DNA of 43,330 nucleotides from an uncultured Ectothiorhodospiraceae bacterium (GTDB taxonomy: Bacteria > Pseudomonadota > Gammaproteobacteria > CAYQDX01), in the NCBI GenBank assembly GCA_964416345.1, contig CAYQDX010000002.1, forward strand, positions 1 through 43,330, in the 5' to 3' direction. Positions 33,798-42,994 of the stretch are shown here, piece by piece. Every line of letters starts with the position of its first letter. Positions within the stretch are counted from its first letter, which is position 1. A program made the position numbers and the translations under genes. The notes under the pieces were generated by a model that worked only from the letters and a program-made list of their open reading frames with translations, made no database searches and was not told the DNA's origin.

Positions 33798-34802
33798 ATG
33801 GGAATGCAGCGGCTGACGGCATACTGGGGCACTCGCAATTGGGGGTCCAACCTACTGCTGCCCCTGGCGTGGCTGTACTGCAGCCTGGTCCTGCTGCGGC
33901 GCGCATGCTACCGGCTGGGCTTGCTGCGTGCCCGGCGGGTCGGGGCGACGGTGGTGGTGGTCGGCAACGTCACTGTGGGGGGCACGGGCAAGACGCCCCT
34001 GGTGCTGGCACTGGTTGAGCTGTTGCGGCGCCAGGGCTACCGACCGGGCATCGTGAGTCGTGGCTACGGGGGCCGAGCCGCCAAGGCGGGGCCGACACCC
34101 GTAGGCGCCGATTCCTCCGCCGCCGAGGTTGGCGATGAGCCAATCCTGCTCGCGCGCCGCAGCCACTGCCCCGTGATGGTGGGCCACGGCCGCGTCGCCG
34201 CGGCGCAGGCGCTGCTGGCGACCGCCCCCTGCGACATCCTCGTCTGCGACGACGGCTTGCAGCATTACGCCTTGGGCCGGGATGTGGAGATCGCGCTGGT
34301 GGACGGCGCGCGGCGTTTCGGCAACGGCCGTTGTCTGCCGGCGGGACCACTGCGGGAGCCCCCCTGGCGCTTGCGGCGGGTGGACCTCGTCGTGGTGAGC
34401 GGCCAGGGGCGGCCGGGGGAGCTGGGCATGACGCTAGAGGCCGCAGCGCTGGTCAATCTTGCGGACCCGCACATGCGGATGCGCCTGGAGGTCATGGCCG
34501 GCAGGGCCGTGCACGCGGTGGCCGCCATCGGCGCTCCCAGGCGCTTCTTCGATGTGCTGAGTGCGGCGGGCATTCGTGCCACGGAGCATCCCTTTCCGGA
34601 CCATTACGCCTATACCCCGGGCGACGTCGATTTCGGCGATACGCTGCCGATTCTGATGACGGAGAAAGACGCGGTAAAATGCTCGGGCTTCGCCCGCCCG
34701 GATTGCTGGTACCTGGAGGTCACGGCAACCCTGGACGAGCGTTTCGTGACCCAATTCCTCTCGCGTCTGAAGGATATCGAGAATGGACAAGAAGCTGCTT
34801 GA
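33798..34802 (+). CDS. lpxK: Tetraacyldisaccharide 4'-kinase
   Basis: From ORF 33594..34802, trimmed to ATG 33798 (or 33804). [17 protein letters not shown]...[16 protein letters not shown] is the LpxK N-terminus and P-loop. Confidence 0.9.
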   Translation: MGMQRLTAYWGTRNWGSNLLLPLAWLYCSLVLLRRACYRLGLLRARRVGATVVVVGNVTVGGTGKTPLVLALVELLRRQGYRPGIVSRGYGGRAAKAGPTPVGADSSAAEVGDEPILLARRSHCPVMVGHGRVAAAQALLATAPCDILVCDDGLQHYALGRDVEIALVDGARRFGNGRCLPAGPLREPPWRLRRVDLVVVSGQGRPGELGMTLEAAALVNLADPHMRMRLEVMAGRAVHAVAAIGAPRRFFDVLSAAGIRATEHPFPDHYAYTPGDVDFGDTLPILMTEKDAVKCSGFARPDCWYLEVTATLDERFVTQFLSRLKDIENGQEAA

Positions 34803-34962
34803 CATCCTGGTTTGTCCACTGTGCAAGGGCCCCCTCGTCTACGACAAGGCACACCGGGAGCTGATCTGCAAGGCTGATCGGCTGGCTTATCCCATCCGGG
34901 ACGACATCCCGGTGATGCTGGAAGAGGAGGCCCGCCAGCTGGAGTCCACCGAGGAGCTCTGA
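34783..34962 (+). CDS. Trm112/YcaR (UPF0434) family small zinc-ribbon-like protein
   Basis: 59 codons, below the ORF-track cutoff, so translated by me: [59 protein letters not shown]. It overlaps the lpxK end by 20 nt. The lpxK-ycaR-kdsB order is classical. Confidence 0.85.
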   Translation: MDKKLLDILVCPLCKGPLVYDKAHRELICKADRLAYPIRDDIPVMLEEEARQLESTEEL

Positions 34963-35727
34963 TTGAGCTTTCGCGTCGTCATTCCTGCCCGCTACGCATC
35001 CACCCGGCTGCCGGGCAAGCCAATGCTGGAGATCGCCGGCAAGCCCATGATCCAGCATGTCTGCGAGCGGGCGTTGGCGAGTGGCGCCGCCGAAGTCGCG
35101 GTCGCAACCGACGATCGGCGTATCGCCGCCGCCGTGGAGCACCTGGGCGTTCGGGCCTGCCTCACCGCGGCCACCCATCAGTCCGGCACGGATCGGCTGG
35201 CCGAGGCCGTTCAGACGCTGGGCTACGAGAATGACGAGATAGTCGTAAACGTGCAGGGTGACGAGCCGCTCATTCCGGTGGCTCTGATCGACCAGGTAGC
35301 GGCCGATCTGGACGCCCATCCGGCGGCTGGCATGGCCACCCTGTGCCATCACATCGACTCGCCGCGGGATCTGTTCGATCCCCATGTGGTCAAGGTCGTG
35401 CGCAGTCAAGACGACTACGCGCTGTATTTCAGCCGGGCGACCGTCCCCTGGGACAGGGACGCATTTTCCTTGTCCACCGAGGTGCTGCCCTCACGGGCGC
35501 AGCATTTCCGCCACATCGGGCTGTATGCCTATCGGGTACGCTTCGTCAAGGCCTTCGTCGACTGGCCGCGTGTGCCTTTGGAAGAGATGGAATCCCTGGA
35601 GCAGCTGCGCGCTTTGTGGCACGGCGCCCGCATTCACGTGGCCGAAGCGGTTGAGCCGCCCGCGGGCGGAGTAGACACGGAGGAGGATCTCGCGCGGGTG
35701 CGCCAGGTGCTGAGTCGGGAGCGATGA
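34963..35727 (+). CDS. kdsB: 3-deoxy-manno-octulosonate cytidylyltransferase (CMP-KDO synthetase)
   Basis: The TTG start abuts the preceding stop. (M)[20 protein letters not shown]...[11 protein letters not shown] is canonical KdsB. Confidence 0.9.
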   Translation: MSFRVVIPARYASTRLPGKPMLEIAGKPMIQHVCERALASGAAEVAVATDDRRIAAAVEHLGVRACLTAATHQSGTDRLAEAVQTLGYENDEIVVNVQGDEPLIPVALIDQVAADLDAHPAAGMATLCHHIDSPRDLFDPHVVKVVRSQDDYALYFSRATVPWDRDAFSLSTEVLPSRAQHFRHIGLYAYRVRFVKAFVDWPRVPLEEMESLEQLRALWHGARIHVAEAVEPPAGGVDTEEDLARVRQVLSRER

Positions 35728-35736
35728 CGACTGCGC

Positions 35737-36000
35737 TCAGTCGATGAGCTCCAGGGCCAGAAACGGCGCGCTCAGTGCGTCGCGCTCCCTGGTGAGCACC
35801 GGTATCGTGTAGCTCGGCCGGGCGCGGCGGGTCGCTTCACCGAATTGGTTGGGCTGGATCGTGAGCTCACGGTGCAGCGGCAACAGCACCAGCGACGGCC
35901 CGTCTTCCAGCACCTCAACCACCTCGCAATCCTCACCGTGGTGGCTCACCCGGGTGCCAATCATGCCCCGTAGCTGTGACAGAGTCATCTCTATGGTCAT
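35737..36000 (-). CDS. Hypothetical small protein (87 aa), no recognised family
   Basis: From ORF 35737..36084. The start is uncertain (ATG 36000 or 36051), and neither has a good SD. Third-position GC looks gene-like. It converges on kdsB across a 9-nt gap. Confidence 0.4.
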   Translation of the reverse strand: MTIEMTLSQLRGMIGTRVSHHGEDCEVVEVLEDGPSLVLLPLHRELTIQPNQFGEATRRARPSYTIPVLTRERDALSAPFLALELID

Positions 36001-36101
36001 AACAGGGCCCGTTTGGAATGGAGCGCTCGCTTTCGGACCAGTCTGCGACATCGGAGGCAGACGCTCAAGCCGCTCTCGGGCCATTGCTCAGGAGGAACTA
36101 C

Positions 36102-36584
36102 ATGTTGAGGGTGCTTTTCGTTTGCATGGGCAACATCTGTCGCTCCCCGACCGCCGAGGGCGTGCTGACCCGCATGGTGGCCGACCGCGGCCTGGCCCAT
36201 GTCATCGTGGCCGATTCTGCGGGCACACATGCCTACCACGTCGGAGAGCCCCCGGACCCGCGGGCACGCCAGGCGGCCTCGCGACGCGGGGTGGACCTCA
36301 GCCCGTTGCGAGCGCGGCAGGTGACCGTGGAGGACTGGCAGCACTTCAACCTGATCTTGGCGATGGACCGAGACAATCTGCGCCAGTTGCAATGTCTTTG
36401 GCCGCAGGGAGACCCGACACGCCTGCGCCTGCTGCTAGACTTTGCCCCGCACCTGGGTGAGCAGGACGTGCCGGACCCCTACTACGGCGGCGCGACCGGC
36501 TTCGAGCGGGTGCTCGACATGATCGAGGCGGCAGCGGAAGGACTGTTAGAAGAACTGCTGCCGCGCCTGCCGCCCAGGCGCTAG
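36102..36584 (+). CDS. Low-molecular-weight protein-tyrosine phosphatase
   Basis: From ORF 36018..36584, trimmed to the ATG at 36102 with a perfect GGAGG SD. MLRVLFVCMGNICRSPTAEGV contains the CX5R(S/T) P-loop, and the DPYY motif is present. Confidence 0.9.
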   Translation: MLRVLFVCMGNICRSPTAEGVLTRMVADRGLAHVIVADSAGTHAYHVGEPPDPRARQAASRRGVDLSPLRARQVTVEDWQHFNLILAMDRDNLRQLQCLWPQGDPTRLRLLLDFAPHLGEQDVPDPYYGGATGFERVLDMIEAAAEGLLEELLPRLPPRR

Positions 36585-36793
36585 CCCGATCGGCGGCTTG
36601 GGCGATTTTGACCACGATGTCGTGCACGGCGTCTCCGGTCCGGGCGAGGCGCTCGGCGGCGTTGGACAGATACCGGTAGGTCTCACGACGCTTGAACAGC
36701 TCGATCACGAGTTGCATGGCCTTGGCTCTGTACCTTGCTCGTGGCCCTGGAGCATCGGCACATAGTCCTCCTCAGTCGCAAAGAGCGCCGGCC

Positions 36794-36819
36794 CACGGGC
36801 GCGACAGGCCGCGCCCGTG
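36794..36819 (-). terminator. Putative intrinsic terminator of rne
   Basis: A perfect 10-bp stem, CACGGGCGCG (36794-36803) / CGCGCCCGTG (36810-36819), with a 6-nt loop. It starts 17 nt after the rne stop. On the minus strand it is followed by GGCCGGCGCTCTTTG, which is a short, weak T-run. Confidence 0.5.
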
Positions 36820-36835
36820 TCCGATAGCCTTTCGG

Positions 36836-39538
36836 TCATCCATCCCCGTGACGGGGCTCCGATGGCTTGGCGGGTGCGGCGGGGCTTCCTTCCGTCGCAG
36901 AGTTGGGCGGAGGAGGTGCCGCCTCGGCCGACTGCGGCTGCCGGGGCTCGGTCTCTGCGGCCGAGGGCTTGGGAGACTCTGACGGCCCAGCCGCGTCCCC
37001 CTTGGCGTTGCCGGCTAGGCCGTTGGCCTCCGCCGCCGGGGTACCGGAACCGTCGTCCGTGGCTTTCCTCGAGACCTCGTTTTCGTCCGACTGGCGTGGT
37101 GCTCGGCGGCCGGCCGGGGAACGCCGGCCGCGGGTCGCCATCTTGGGGGCAGTCTCCTTGGAGCCTTCTTCGGCAGGTGCCGACGTATCCACCTGGACAT
37201 CCGTGGCTGCCTCGGCCGTATCTGCTGCTTTGGCATCGCGGCCGCGCGCCGACCGGCTCCTGCGACGGGCGGCGGGCTTGGCGGCGGCGTCGGTGGCCGT
37301 AGGCTCCGCCACCTCGGGGTTGACCGGCGCCAAGCTTGCCGCCGGCTGTGGGCTCGCAATGCCCGCGCCGGAGTCCTGGAGCATGGTCTGCTCCGGCATC
37401 ACGGTCGGTTTGGGACGCTGTGCCGGTGCGCCCGGCTCGGGTGCGCCGCGCTCCCGTACGGCCCCAGGGGCATTGTCACGCGGGGCTTCCGCGGCAGGAG
37501 TACCGGCATCGCCGCGCCGCCTTCGGCCTCCGCGACGCCGGCTGCGGCCACGGCGCTCCTGAGTGGCGCCTTCGGAGGCGTCCGCGGCCGGTGCCGGCGA
37601 TGCACCGGCCGGCGCCGCCGCGGCTTCCTTGGCAGGAGAGATCTGTGCCTCGGGGCCAGCATTGGGCGCTGCGCTCCTGGTCCCTGGGGAGCGGGTTTGT
37701 CCTCGCGCAGGGGGGCGGCTCCCGTCGCGGCCCCGGGAGGGACGAGTGGCGGCGCCGGCGGAGCCACCGGAGCGCGGGCTCTCGCGTCTAGTGCGGCGCG
37801 TCTCCGGCGGCGCTTCCGCAGGCTCCGGCTCCACCGGGGACCCAAACAGCAGCGACCATACCCGCTTGAGCAGACCCGGCTGGGCGGCGGGGAGCGGCTG
37901 CTGCACGGCGGCTGGAAAGGGCGGCGGGGGCGGCGCCAGGGTCTTCACCGCAGGCTCCTCGCTGGGCGCGGCGGGCGCGGGCACGGCGTAGTCCGGCTCC
38001 GGTGCCTCAGCCGTGGCCGGCATCTCGTAGCTCGGCTTGCCGGCGGCCCCTGCGGCCAGCTCCGCCAGGCGCACTCGGGTAACCTCGTAGTTTGGGGTCT
38101 CCAGTGCCGTGTTTGGCACCACGACGACCGACAATCCCTGACGAGTCTCGATGGTGGTGATGTCGGCCCGCTTCTCGTTCAGCAGGAACGTCGCCACTGG
38201 CACGGGGAGCTGCGCCACGATCCTGGCGGTCTGATCCTTCATGGCTTCTTCTTCGATGATGCGCAAGACCGACAGCGCCAGTGAGGAGACACTTCGCACT
38301 GTGCCCTGGCCGCTACAGCGCGGGCAAACCAGCAGGCTGGACTCCCCCAATGAAGGGCGCAGCCGCTGCCGTGACATCTCCAGGAGGCCGAAGCGTGAGA
38401 TGCGACCTACCTGAACCCGCGCGCGGTCCATGCGCAGTGCCTCTCGCAGGCGGTTCTCCACTTCTCGCTGGTTGCGCGCCGGGGTCATGTCAATGAAATC
38501 GATGACGATGAGGCCTCCCAAGTCGCGTAGGCGCAGCTGCCGGGCAAGCTCGTCGGCGGCCTCCAGGTTAGTATTGAGGGCGGTCTCCTCGATGTCGCCG
38601 CCCTTGGTGGCGCGCGCCGAATTGATATCGATCGAGACTAGCGCTTCGCTGTGGTCGATGACGATTTGACCACCGGAAGGCAATCGCACCTCGCGCTGAA
38701 AGGCCGTCTCGATCTGGGATTCGATCTGATAGCGCGAGAACAGCGGCACCTTGTCCTGGTAGAGCTTCACCTTGGTCAGACTCTGGGGCATGACCTGGGT
38801 CATGAAATCCCTGGCGCGCTCGAAGGTCTCCGCACTGTCCACCAGTATCTCGCCGATCTCCCGACGCATATAATCGCGGATGGCCCGGATGATGATGTTG
38901 CTGTCCTGGTAGATAAGACACGGGGAACGACGCTCGGTGGCGGCCGTCTCGATGGAGCTCCACAGATGCAGCAGGTAATCCAGGTCCCACTGCAGCTCTT
39001 CGGAGCTCTTGCCCACTCCCGCCGTGCGCACGATGAGTCCCATACCCGGCGGGACATCCAGCGCGCTCATGACTTCGCGCATTTCGGTACGGTCCTCGCC
39101 TTCAATCTTGCGCGAAACGCCGCCCGCCCGAGGATTGTTGGGCATTAGCACCAAATAGCGACCGGCCAGGCTGATGAAGGTCGTCAGTGCGGCGCCTTTG
39201 GTGCCGCGCTCCTCCTTGTCGACCTGGAGTAGGAGCTCCTGGCCCTCTCGCAGCAGCTCCTGGATACCGCGCCGGCCGGGACCTTCGCCCCCGTCGCCGC
39301 CCTTGAAGTAGCTGCGCGCAATCTCCTTCAGCGGCAGAAAGCCATGGCGCTCGGCGCCATAATCGATGAAGGCCGCCTCGAGACTGGGCTCGATGCGAGT
39401 GATGCGGCCCTTGTATATGTTGGATTTCTTCTGCTCCCGGGCAGGAGTCTCGATGTCCAGATCATAGAGTCGCTGACCATCGACGAGGGCAACGCGCAGC
39501 TCTTCCGGCTGAGTTGCGTTGATGAGCATTCTTTTCAT
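36836..39538 (-). CDS. rne: Ribonuclease E
   Basis: [30 protein letters not shown] is the canonical RNase E/G N-terminus (ATG 39538; the track ORF starts 3 codons earlier at a GTG). The catalytic half is followed by an Arg/Pro/Ala-rich scaffold half. Confidence 0.92.
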   Translation of the reverse strand: MKRMLINATQPEELRVALVDGQRLYDLDIETPAREQKKSNIYKGRITRIEPSLEAAFIDYGAERHGFLPLKEIARSYFKGGDGGEGPGRRGIQELLREGQELLLQVDKEERGTKGAALTTFISLAGRYLVLMPNNPRAGGVSRKIEGEDRTEMREVMSALDVPPGMGLIVRTAGVGKSSEELQWDLDYLLHLWSSIETAATERRSPCLIYQDSNIIIRAIRDYMRREIGEILVDSAETFERARDFMTQVMPQSLTKVKLYQDKVPLFSRYQIESQIETAFQREVRLPSGGQIVIDHSEALVSIDINSARATKGGDIEETALNTNLEAADELARQLRLRDLGGLIVIDFIDMTPARNQREVENRLREALRMDRARVQVGRISRFGLLEMSRQRLRPSLGESSLLVCPRCSGQGTVRSVSSLALSVLRIIEEEAMKDQTARIVAQLPVPVATFLLNEKRADITTIETRQGLSVVVVPNTALETPNYEVTRVRLAELAAGAAGKPSYEMPATAEAPEPDYAVPAPAAPSEEPAVKTLAPPPPPFPAAVQQPLPAAQPGLLKRVWSLLFGSPVEPEPAEAPPETRRTRRESPRSGGSAGAATRPSRGRDGSRPPARGQTRSPGTRSAAPNAGPEAQISPAKEAAAAPAGASPAPAADASEGATQERRGRSRRRGGRRRRGDAGTPAAEAPRDNAPGAVRERGAPEPGAPAQRPKPTVMPEQTMLQDSGAGIASPQPAASLAPVNPEVAEPTATDAAAKPAARRRSRSARGRDAKAADTAEAATDVQVDTSAPAEEGSKETAPKMATRGRRSPAGRRAPRQSDENEVSRKATDDGSGTPAAEANGLAGNAKGDAAGPSESPKPSAAETEPRQPQSAEAAPPPPNSATEGSPAAPAKPSEPRHGDG

Positions 39539-39900
39539 GAAGTTCACTCTCGGGGCTCAGCCCGAGAACGAGGAGGGTTGGACGCGTGCGAGCAGGTATG
39601 GCAACCCGCCGCCCAAGGGGCGAGCGCTGAGGCCTCATCTTGGCCCTGATATGCGTCGCCCATGGGCCGCGATTCCCGGTGCCCCGGTTTCAGGGTTGGC
39701 CCGGCAGCACCTGACCACAACTGCCATAGGACGTGGACGCACGACGCTCGACTCTTTGCCTCGGCGCCGCCGTGCCTAGATGCTATCGACGACTTCAGGG
39801 CAGAATCCCTTGGCGTTGTCGGAACACGCACTCGTACCTACGCCGCCACGCAGACCTGCGCGCCGCGGCGTGCTCCTGTGGAGCCCGATCCGCAAACGCG
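39539..39900 (-). promoter_or_regulatory. Probable long structured rne 5' leader (upstream extent unknown)
   Basis: A 636-bp non-coding spacer separates rne from the divergent rluC. The hairpin CTCGGG-GCTCAG-CCCGAG (39549-39566) sits 10 nt upstream of the rne ATG. E. coli rne is known to be autoregulated through a long 5' UTR with hairpins next to the SD. I could not identify the transcription start. Confidence 0.35.
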
Positions 39901-40174
39901 CACGGACTCGGCCCGCACTAACGGACCGGTGGTCCGGCCGATGGCGCCGCGGGAAATCCCGCGTCGCGGCGTTGAACCTCAACTTTCGGGCATGGGCTGA
40001 GCGGTGGCTAACCCATTCCAACTACACGTGGACCTCGGCGACGCCGAGGTGCACGGAAAACCTTTTCCGCGGCGGAGCGCGCTCCGCAGGGCCCTAAGAC
40101 CCAAAGACGCAAGACAACTATATCAGCCGGCACCAAGTGCATCAAACGGTTGTCCAAGCTGCTATCATGCGCCG

Positions 40175-41131
40175 ATGCTCACGCCCACCAAGGATGTCGC
40201 CGAAGCTCCGCAAGTCGTCGCCATCGATGCCGCCCAGGCCGGCCAGCGCATCGACAATTTTCTGCTCTCCCGTCTCAAGGGAGTGCCCCGCAGCCACATT
40301 TACCGCATCCTGCGTCGCGGACAAGTGCGCGTCAACAAAGGCCGAATCCGCGCCGACTACCGGCTTCAGGCCGGGGACAGCGTGCGCATTCCCCCAATAC
40401 GCACTGCGGCGCGCGACGGTTCGTCGGCTAGGCTCGGTGCCGGCGTGCCGGAGCGGCTGGCAGGCTCCGTCCTCTATGAAGACAAATGGCTGCTGGTCAT
40501 CAACAAGCCGCCCGGCATGGCGGTTCATGGGGGCAGCGGGCTGAGCTACGGCGTGATCGAGGCGCTGCGGGTGCTGCGTCCACGGGCCCCGTTCCTGGAG
40601 CTGGCGCATCGGCTAGACCGGGAGACCAGCGGCTGCCTGGTGCTGGCCAAGCGGCGTAGCGTGCTGCGGATGCTGCACGCGACGCTGCGCGAGGGCCGGA
40701 TGGAGAAGCGCTATATGGCGCTGCTGCGCGGTTGCTTCGAAGGCGGTGCACGGCGGGTCGATGCGGGCCTGGGCAAGAATGTGCTTCGCTCAGGCGAGCG
40801 GGTGGTGAGGGTGCAGGATGACGGCAAGCCTGCCGACAGCACCTTTGTGCCTCTGCGCCATTACGCCGACGCCACCCTCATGGAGGTGCGGCTCGGCACG
40901 GGCCGCACTCATCAGATCCGGGTGCATGCCGCGCACATCGGTCACCCAGTGGCCGGAGACGAGAAGTATGGGGATCCGGACTTCAACCGGCACATGCAGC
41001 GCTGCGGGCTGCGGCGCCTGTTCCTGCACGCCGCCGGCATCGCATTCACCCTCCCGGAGATGGGCACCGTGCGCGTGCAGGCGCCCCTGGATCCCTCGCT
41101 GCAGGCCGTGCTGGAGTGCGTGCCCCATTGA
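40175..41131 (+). CDS. rluC: 23S rRNA pseudouridine synthase RluC (RluA family, S4 domain N-terminal)
   Basis: From ORF 40004..41131, trimmed to the ATG at 40175. GQRIDNFLLSRLKGVPRSHIYRILRRGQVRVNKGR is the S4 domain. HRLDRETSGCLVLAK is the RluA-family catalytic Asp motif. Divergence from rne matches E. coli and Pseudomonas. Confidence 0.9.
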   Translation: MLTPTKDVAEAPQVVAIDAAQAGQRIDNFLLSRLKGVPRSHIYRILRRGQVRVNKGRIRADYRLQAGDSVRIPPIRTAARDGSSARLGAGVPERLAGSVLYEDKWLLVINKPPGMAVHGGSGLSYGVIEALRVLRPRAPFLELAHRLDRETSGCLVLAKRRSVLRMLHATLREGRMEKRYMALLRGCFEGGARRVDAGLGKNVLRSGERVVRVQDDGKPADSTFVPLRHYADATLMEVRLGTGRTHQIRVHAAHIGHPVAGDEKYGDPDFNRHMQRCGLRRLFLHAAGIAFTLPEMGTVRVQAPLDPSLQAVLECVPH

Positions 41132-41817
41132 GTCTGTCGCACTTCCGTTTGCTGGTGTTCGACTGGGACGGCACCCTGATGGACTCGGCTGCCCGCATCG
41201 TGGCGTCCATGCGAGGCGGTGCGGCGGACCTGGGCCTGGCGGTGCCGACGCCCGCCGCGGTGCGTGAGGTTATTGGTCTGGGTCTGGGCGAGTCGGTGGA
41301 CCGACTCTGGCCCGGGGCGCCCGAGGCGCTGCGGCGGCGCATGATCGAGCGCTACCGGTACCATTACCTGGTAGCGGATACGACGCCCACGCCCCTGTTC
41401 GCGGGCGTCGCTGAGACCCTGGAGCAGCTTTCCGTGGAGGGCTACCGCCTAGCGGTGGCAACTGGCAAGGGACGCCGTGGTCTAGACAACGCGCTGCGGG
41501 AAAGCGGTCTGGCCCACCTGTTTGCCGCTTCCAGATGTGCCGACGAGACGGTATCCAAGCCCCACCCGCAGATGTTGCTAGAGCTCATGGAGGAGCTGGA
41601 CTCAGTCGGGCAGGAGACTCTAGTGGTGGGAGACACGGAGTACGATATGGCCATGGCCCGCAATGCCGGAGCCGTGGCGCTCGCAGTCGGCTACGGTGTG
41701 CATAAGGGGCCGCGTCTGCTGCGGGAGGGGGCGGTCGGTCTGCTGCCGGACATCCGCGCCTTGCGGCCCTGGCTGCAGCAAACCGCTACGCCGCCGCGGC
41801 CGGGTGCGGGCGCTTGA
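41116..41817 (+). CDS. HAD-IA family hydrolase (phosphoglycolate-phosphatase-like)
   Basis: LLVFDWDGTLMDS (DxDGT motif I), ATGK and VGDTEYDMAMARNAG (motif IV). The start is uncertain: GTG 41116, or TTG 41128 overlapping the rluC TGA. Confidence 0.8.
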   Translation: MRAPLSLSHFRLLVFDWDGTLMDSAARIVASMRGGAADLGLAVPTPAAVREVIGLGLGESVDRLWPGAPEALRRRMIERYRYHYLVADTTPTPLFAGVAETLEQLSVEGYRLAVATGKGRRGLDNALRESGLAHLFAASRCADETVSKPHPQMLLELMEELDSVGQETLVVGDTEYDMAMARNAGAVALAVGYGVHKGPRLLREGAVGLLPDIRALRPWLQQTATPPRPGAGA

Positions 41818-41826
41818 GCAGAGACG

Positions 41827-42777
41827 GTGATGGATCAGGAAAAGACAGAGCGTCAAGAGCGGGAGATCCTTCAACGCGTGGCGCTGGCCGCCGTGCAGGA
41901 GCAGCGGCGGGCCAGACGCTGGGGCATTTTCTTCAAGCTTCTGACGGCGGCCTACGTGCTGGTGGTGACACTGGCCGTGGTCATCGACCGGCTCGGCGAC
42001 ACCAAGCGCCACGGATCTCACACCGCACTGGTGGAGCTGAATGGCATCATCGGTGCCGACCAGAAGACCAACGCCGATGACATCTCCGCCGGACTGCAGG
42101 CGGCGTTCGAGAACAAGCATTCCAAGGCGGTCATCCTGCGAATCAACAGCCCGGGCGGCAGCCCTGTGCAAGCAGGCTACGTCTACGAGGAGATAAGACG
42201 ACTGCGCAAGAAGTACCCGGCGAAGAAGCTCTACGCAGTCATCACCGATGTGTGCGCGTCCGGGGGCTACTACATCGCAGCGGCGGCAGACGCGATCTAC
42301 GCCGACCAGGCCAGCATCGTCGGCTCCATCGGAGTGCTGATGGACGGGTTCGGGTTCGTCGACGGCATGCACAAGCTCGGCGTTGAGCGTCGTTTGCTCA
42401 CCTCAGGCAAGCACAAGGGCATGCTGGATCCGTTCACCCCCCTCAATCCCCAGGACGAGCAGCACGTGCAGACCCTGCTCGACACCATACACGGGCAATT
42501 CATCGCCCGGGTCAAGGCGGGCCGCGGCAGCCGGTTGATGAGTGACCCGCAGATCTTCAGCGGCCTGATCTGGACCGGAGAGCAGGCCAAGGTGCTTGGT
42601 CTAGTGGACGGTCTGGGCAGCGCCAGCTACGTGGCCCGTGGGATCGTTGGCGCCGAGGACATCGTCGACTATACGGTCAAGGAGGACTACCTGGAGCGTT
42701 TGGCCGAGCGCATCGGCGTGGCCCTGGGCCGAGACCTGGCCGCCCGCGTCGTCGGCGGAAGCCCACGGCTGCGCTAG
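41827..42777 (+). CDS. sppA: Signal peptide peptidase SppA, 36K type (S49 family)
   Basis: An N-terminal TM segment (WGIFFKLLTAAYVLVVTLAVV) is followed by VILRINSPGGSPV, CASGGYYIAAAAD and GSIGV, which are S49 motifs. The start is GTG 41827 or ATG 41830. Confidence 0.85.
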   Translation: MMDQEKTERQEREILQRVALAAVQEQRRARRWGIFFKLLTAAYVLVVTLAVVIDRLGDTKRHGSHTALVELNGIIGADQKTNADDISAGLQAAFENKHSKAVILRINSPGGSPVQAGYVYEEIRRLRKKYPAKKLYAVITDVCASGGYYIAAAADAIYADQASIVGSIGVLMDGFGFVDGMHKLGVERRLLTSGKHKGMLDPFTPLNPQDEQHVQTLLDTIHGQFIARVKAGRGSRLMSDPQIFSGLIWTGEQAKVLGLVDGLGSASYVARGIVGAEDIVDYTVKEDYLERLAERIGVALGRDLAARVVGGSPRLR

Positions 42778-42827
42778 CACTCCATCCAGGTGATAATTGC
42801 GTGATTATCACCTGGATGGAGTGCTAG
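42774..42827. repeat. Palindromic element, copy 2 (perfect 24-bp arms, 6-nt loop)
   Basis: CTAGCACTCCATCCAGGTGATAAT-TGCGTG-ATTATCACCTGGATGGAGTGCTAG. The arms are exact reverse complements, checked base by base. The sppA stop TAG (42775-42777) lies inside the left arm. Confidence 0.9.
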
Positions 42828-42865
42828 GTGCGTGTCCGCAATGGTGATTGGCCTTGGTGTAGCCC

Positions 42866-42894
42866 TTGACGGGCCGGCAAGGGGCGTTCAAGAT
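42866..42894 (+). promoter_or_regulatory. Candidate sigma-70 promoter for the moxR-like gene
   Basis: TTGACG (42866-42871), a 17-nt spacer, then CAAGAT (42889-42894), about 100 nt upstream of the ATG at 42995. Motif match only. Confidence 0.25.
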
Positions 42895-42994
42895 AAGTGG
42901 CTTATGAGATTGCGCCGTCACGCTTGCCCCGCGCACTGAGCTCGCCGCACTCACGCCACGCTTCCTAGCCACACAACCTTGGAAGAGCACCACA

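Noticed and set aside
36346-36717. 123-aa minus-strand ORF downstream of rne
   Set aside because: Two thirds of it runs antisense through the well-supported phosphatase gene. Only its first ~40 codons are in the spacer, and those are discussed as a possible fragment in the findings.
40004-40174. 57-codon N-terminal extension of rluC from a GTG at 40004
   Set aside because: The extension contains the three palindromes and has no similarity to RluC. The S4 domain begins shortly after the ATG at 40175.
42791-42810. Fur-box-like core TGATAAT-TGCG-TGATTATCA inside the palindromic element
   Set aside because: The outer GATAAT/ATTATC hexamers match the Fur consensus, but the spacing is 6 nt rather than 7 and the central hexamer does not match. 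The other copy sits between two convergent stop codons where no operator is expected. The resemblance is probably a by-product of an AT-rich palindrome.
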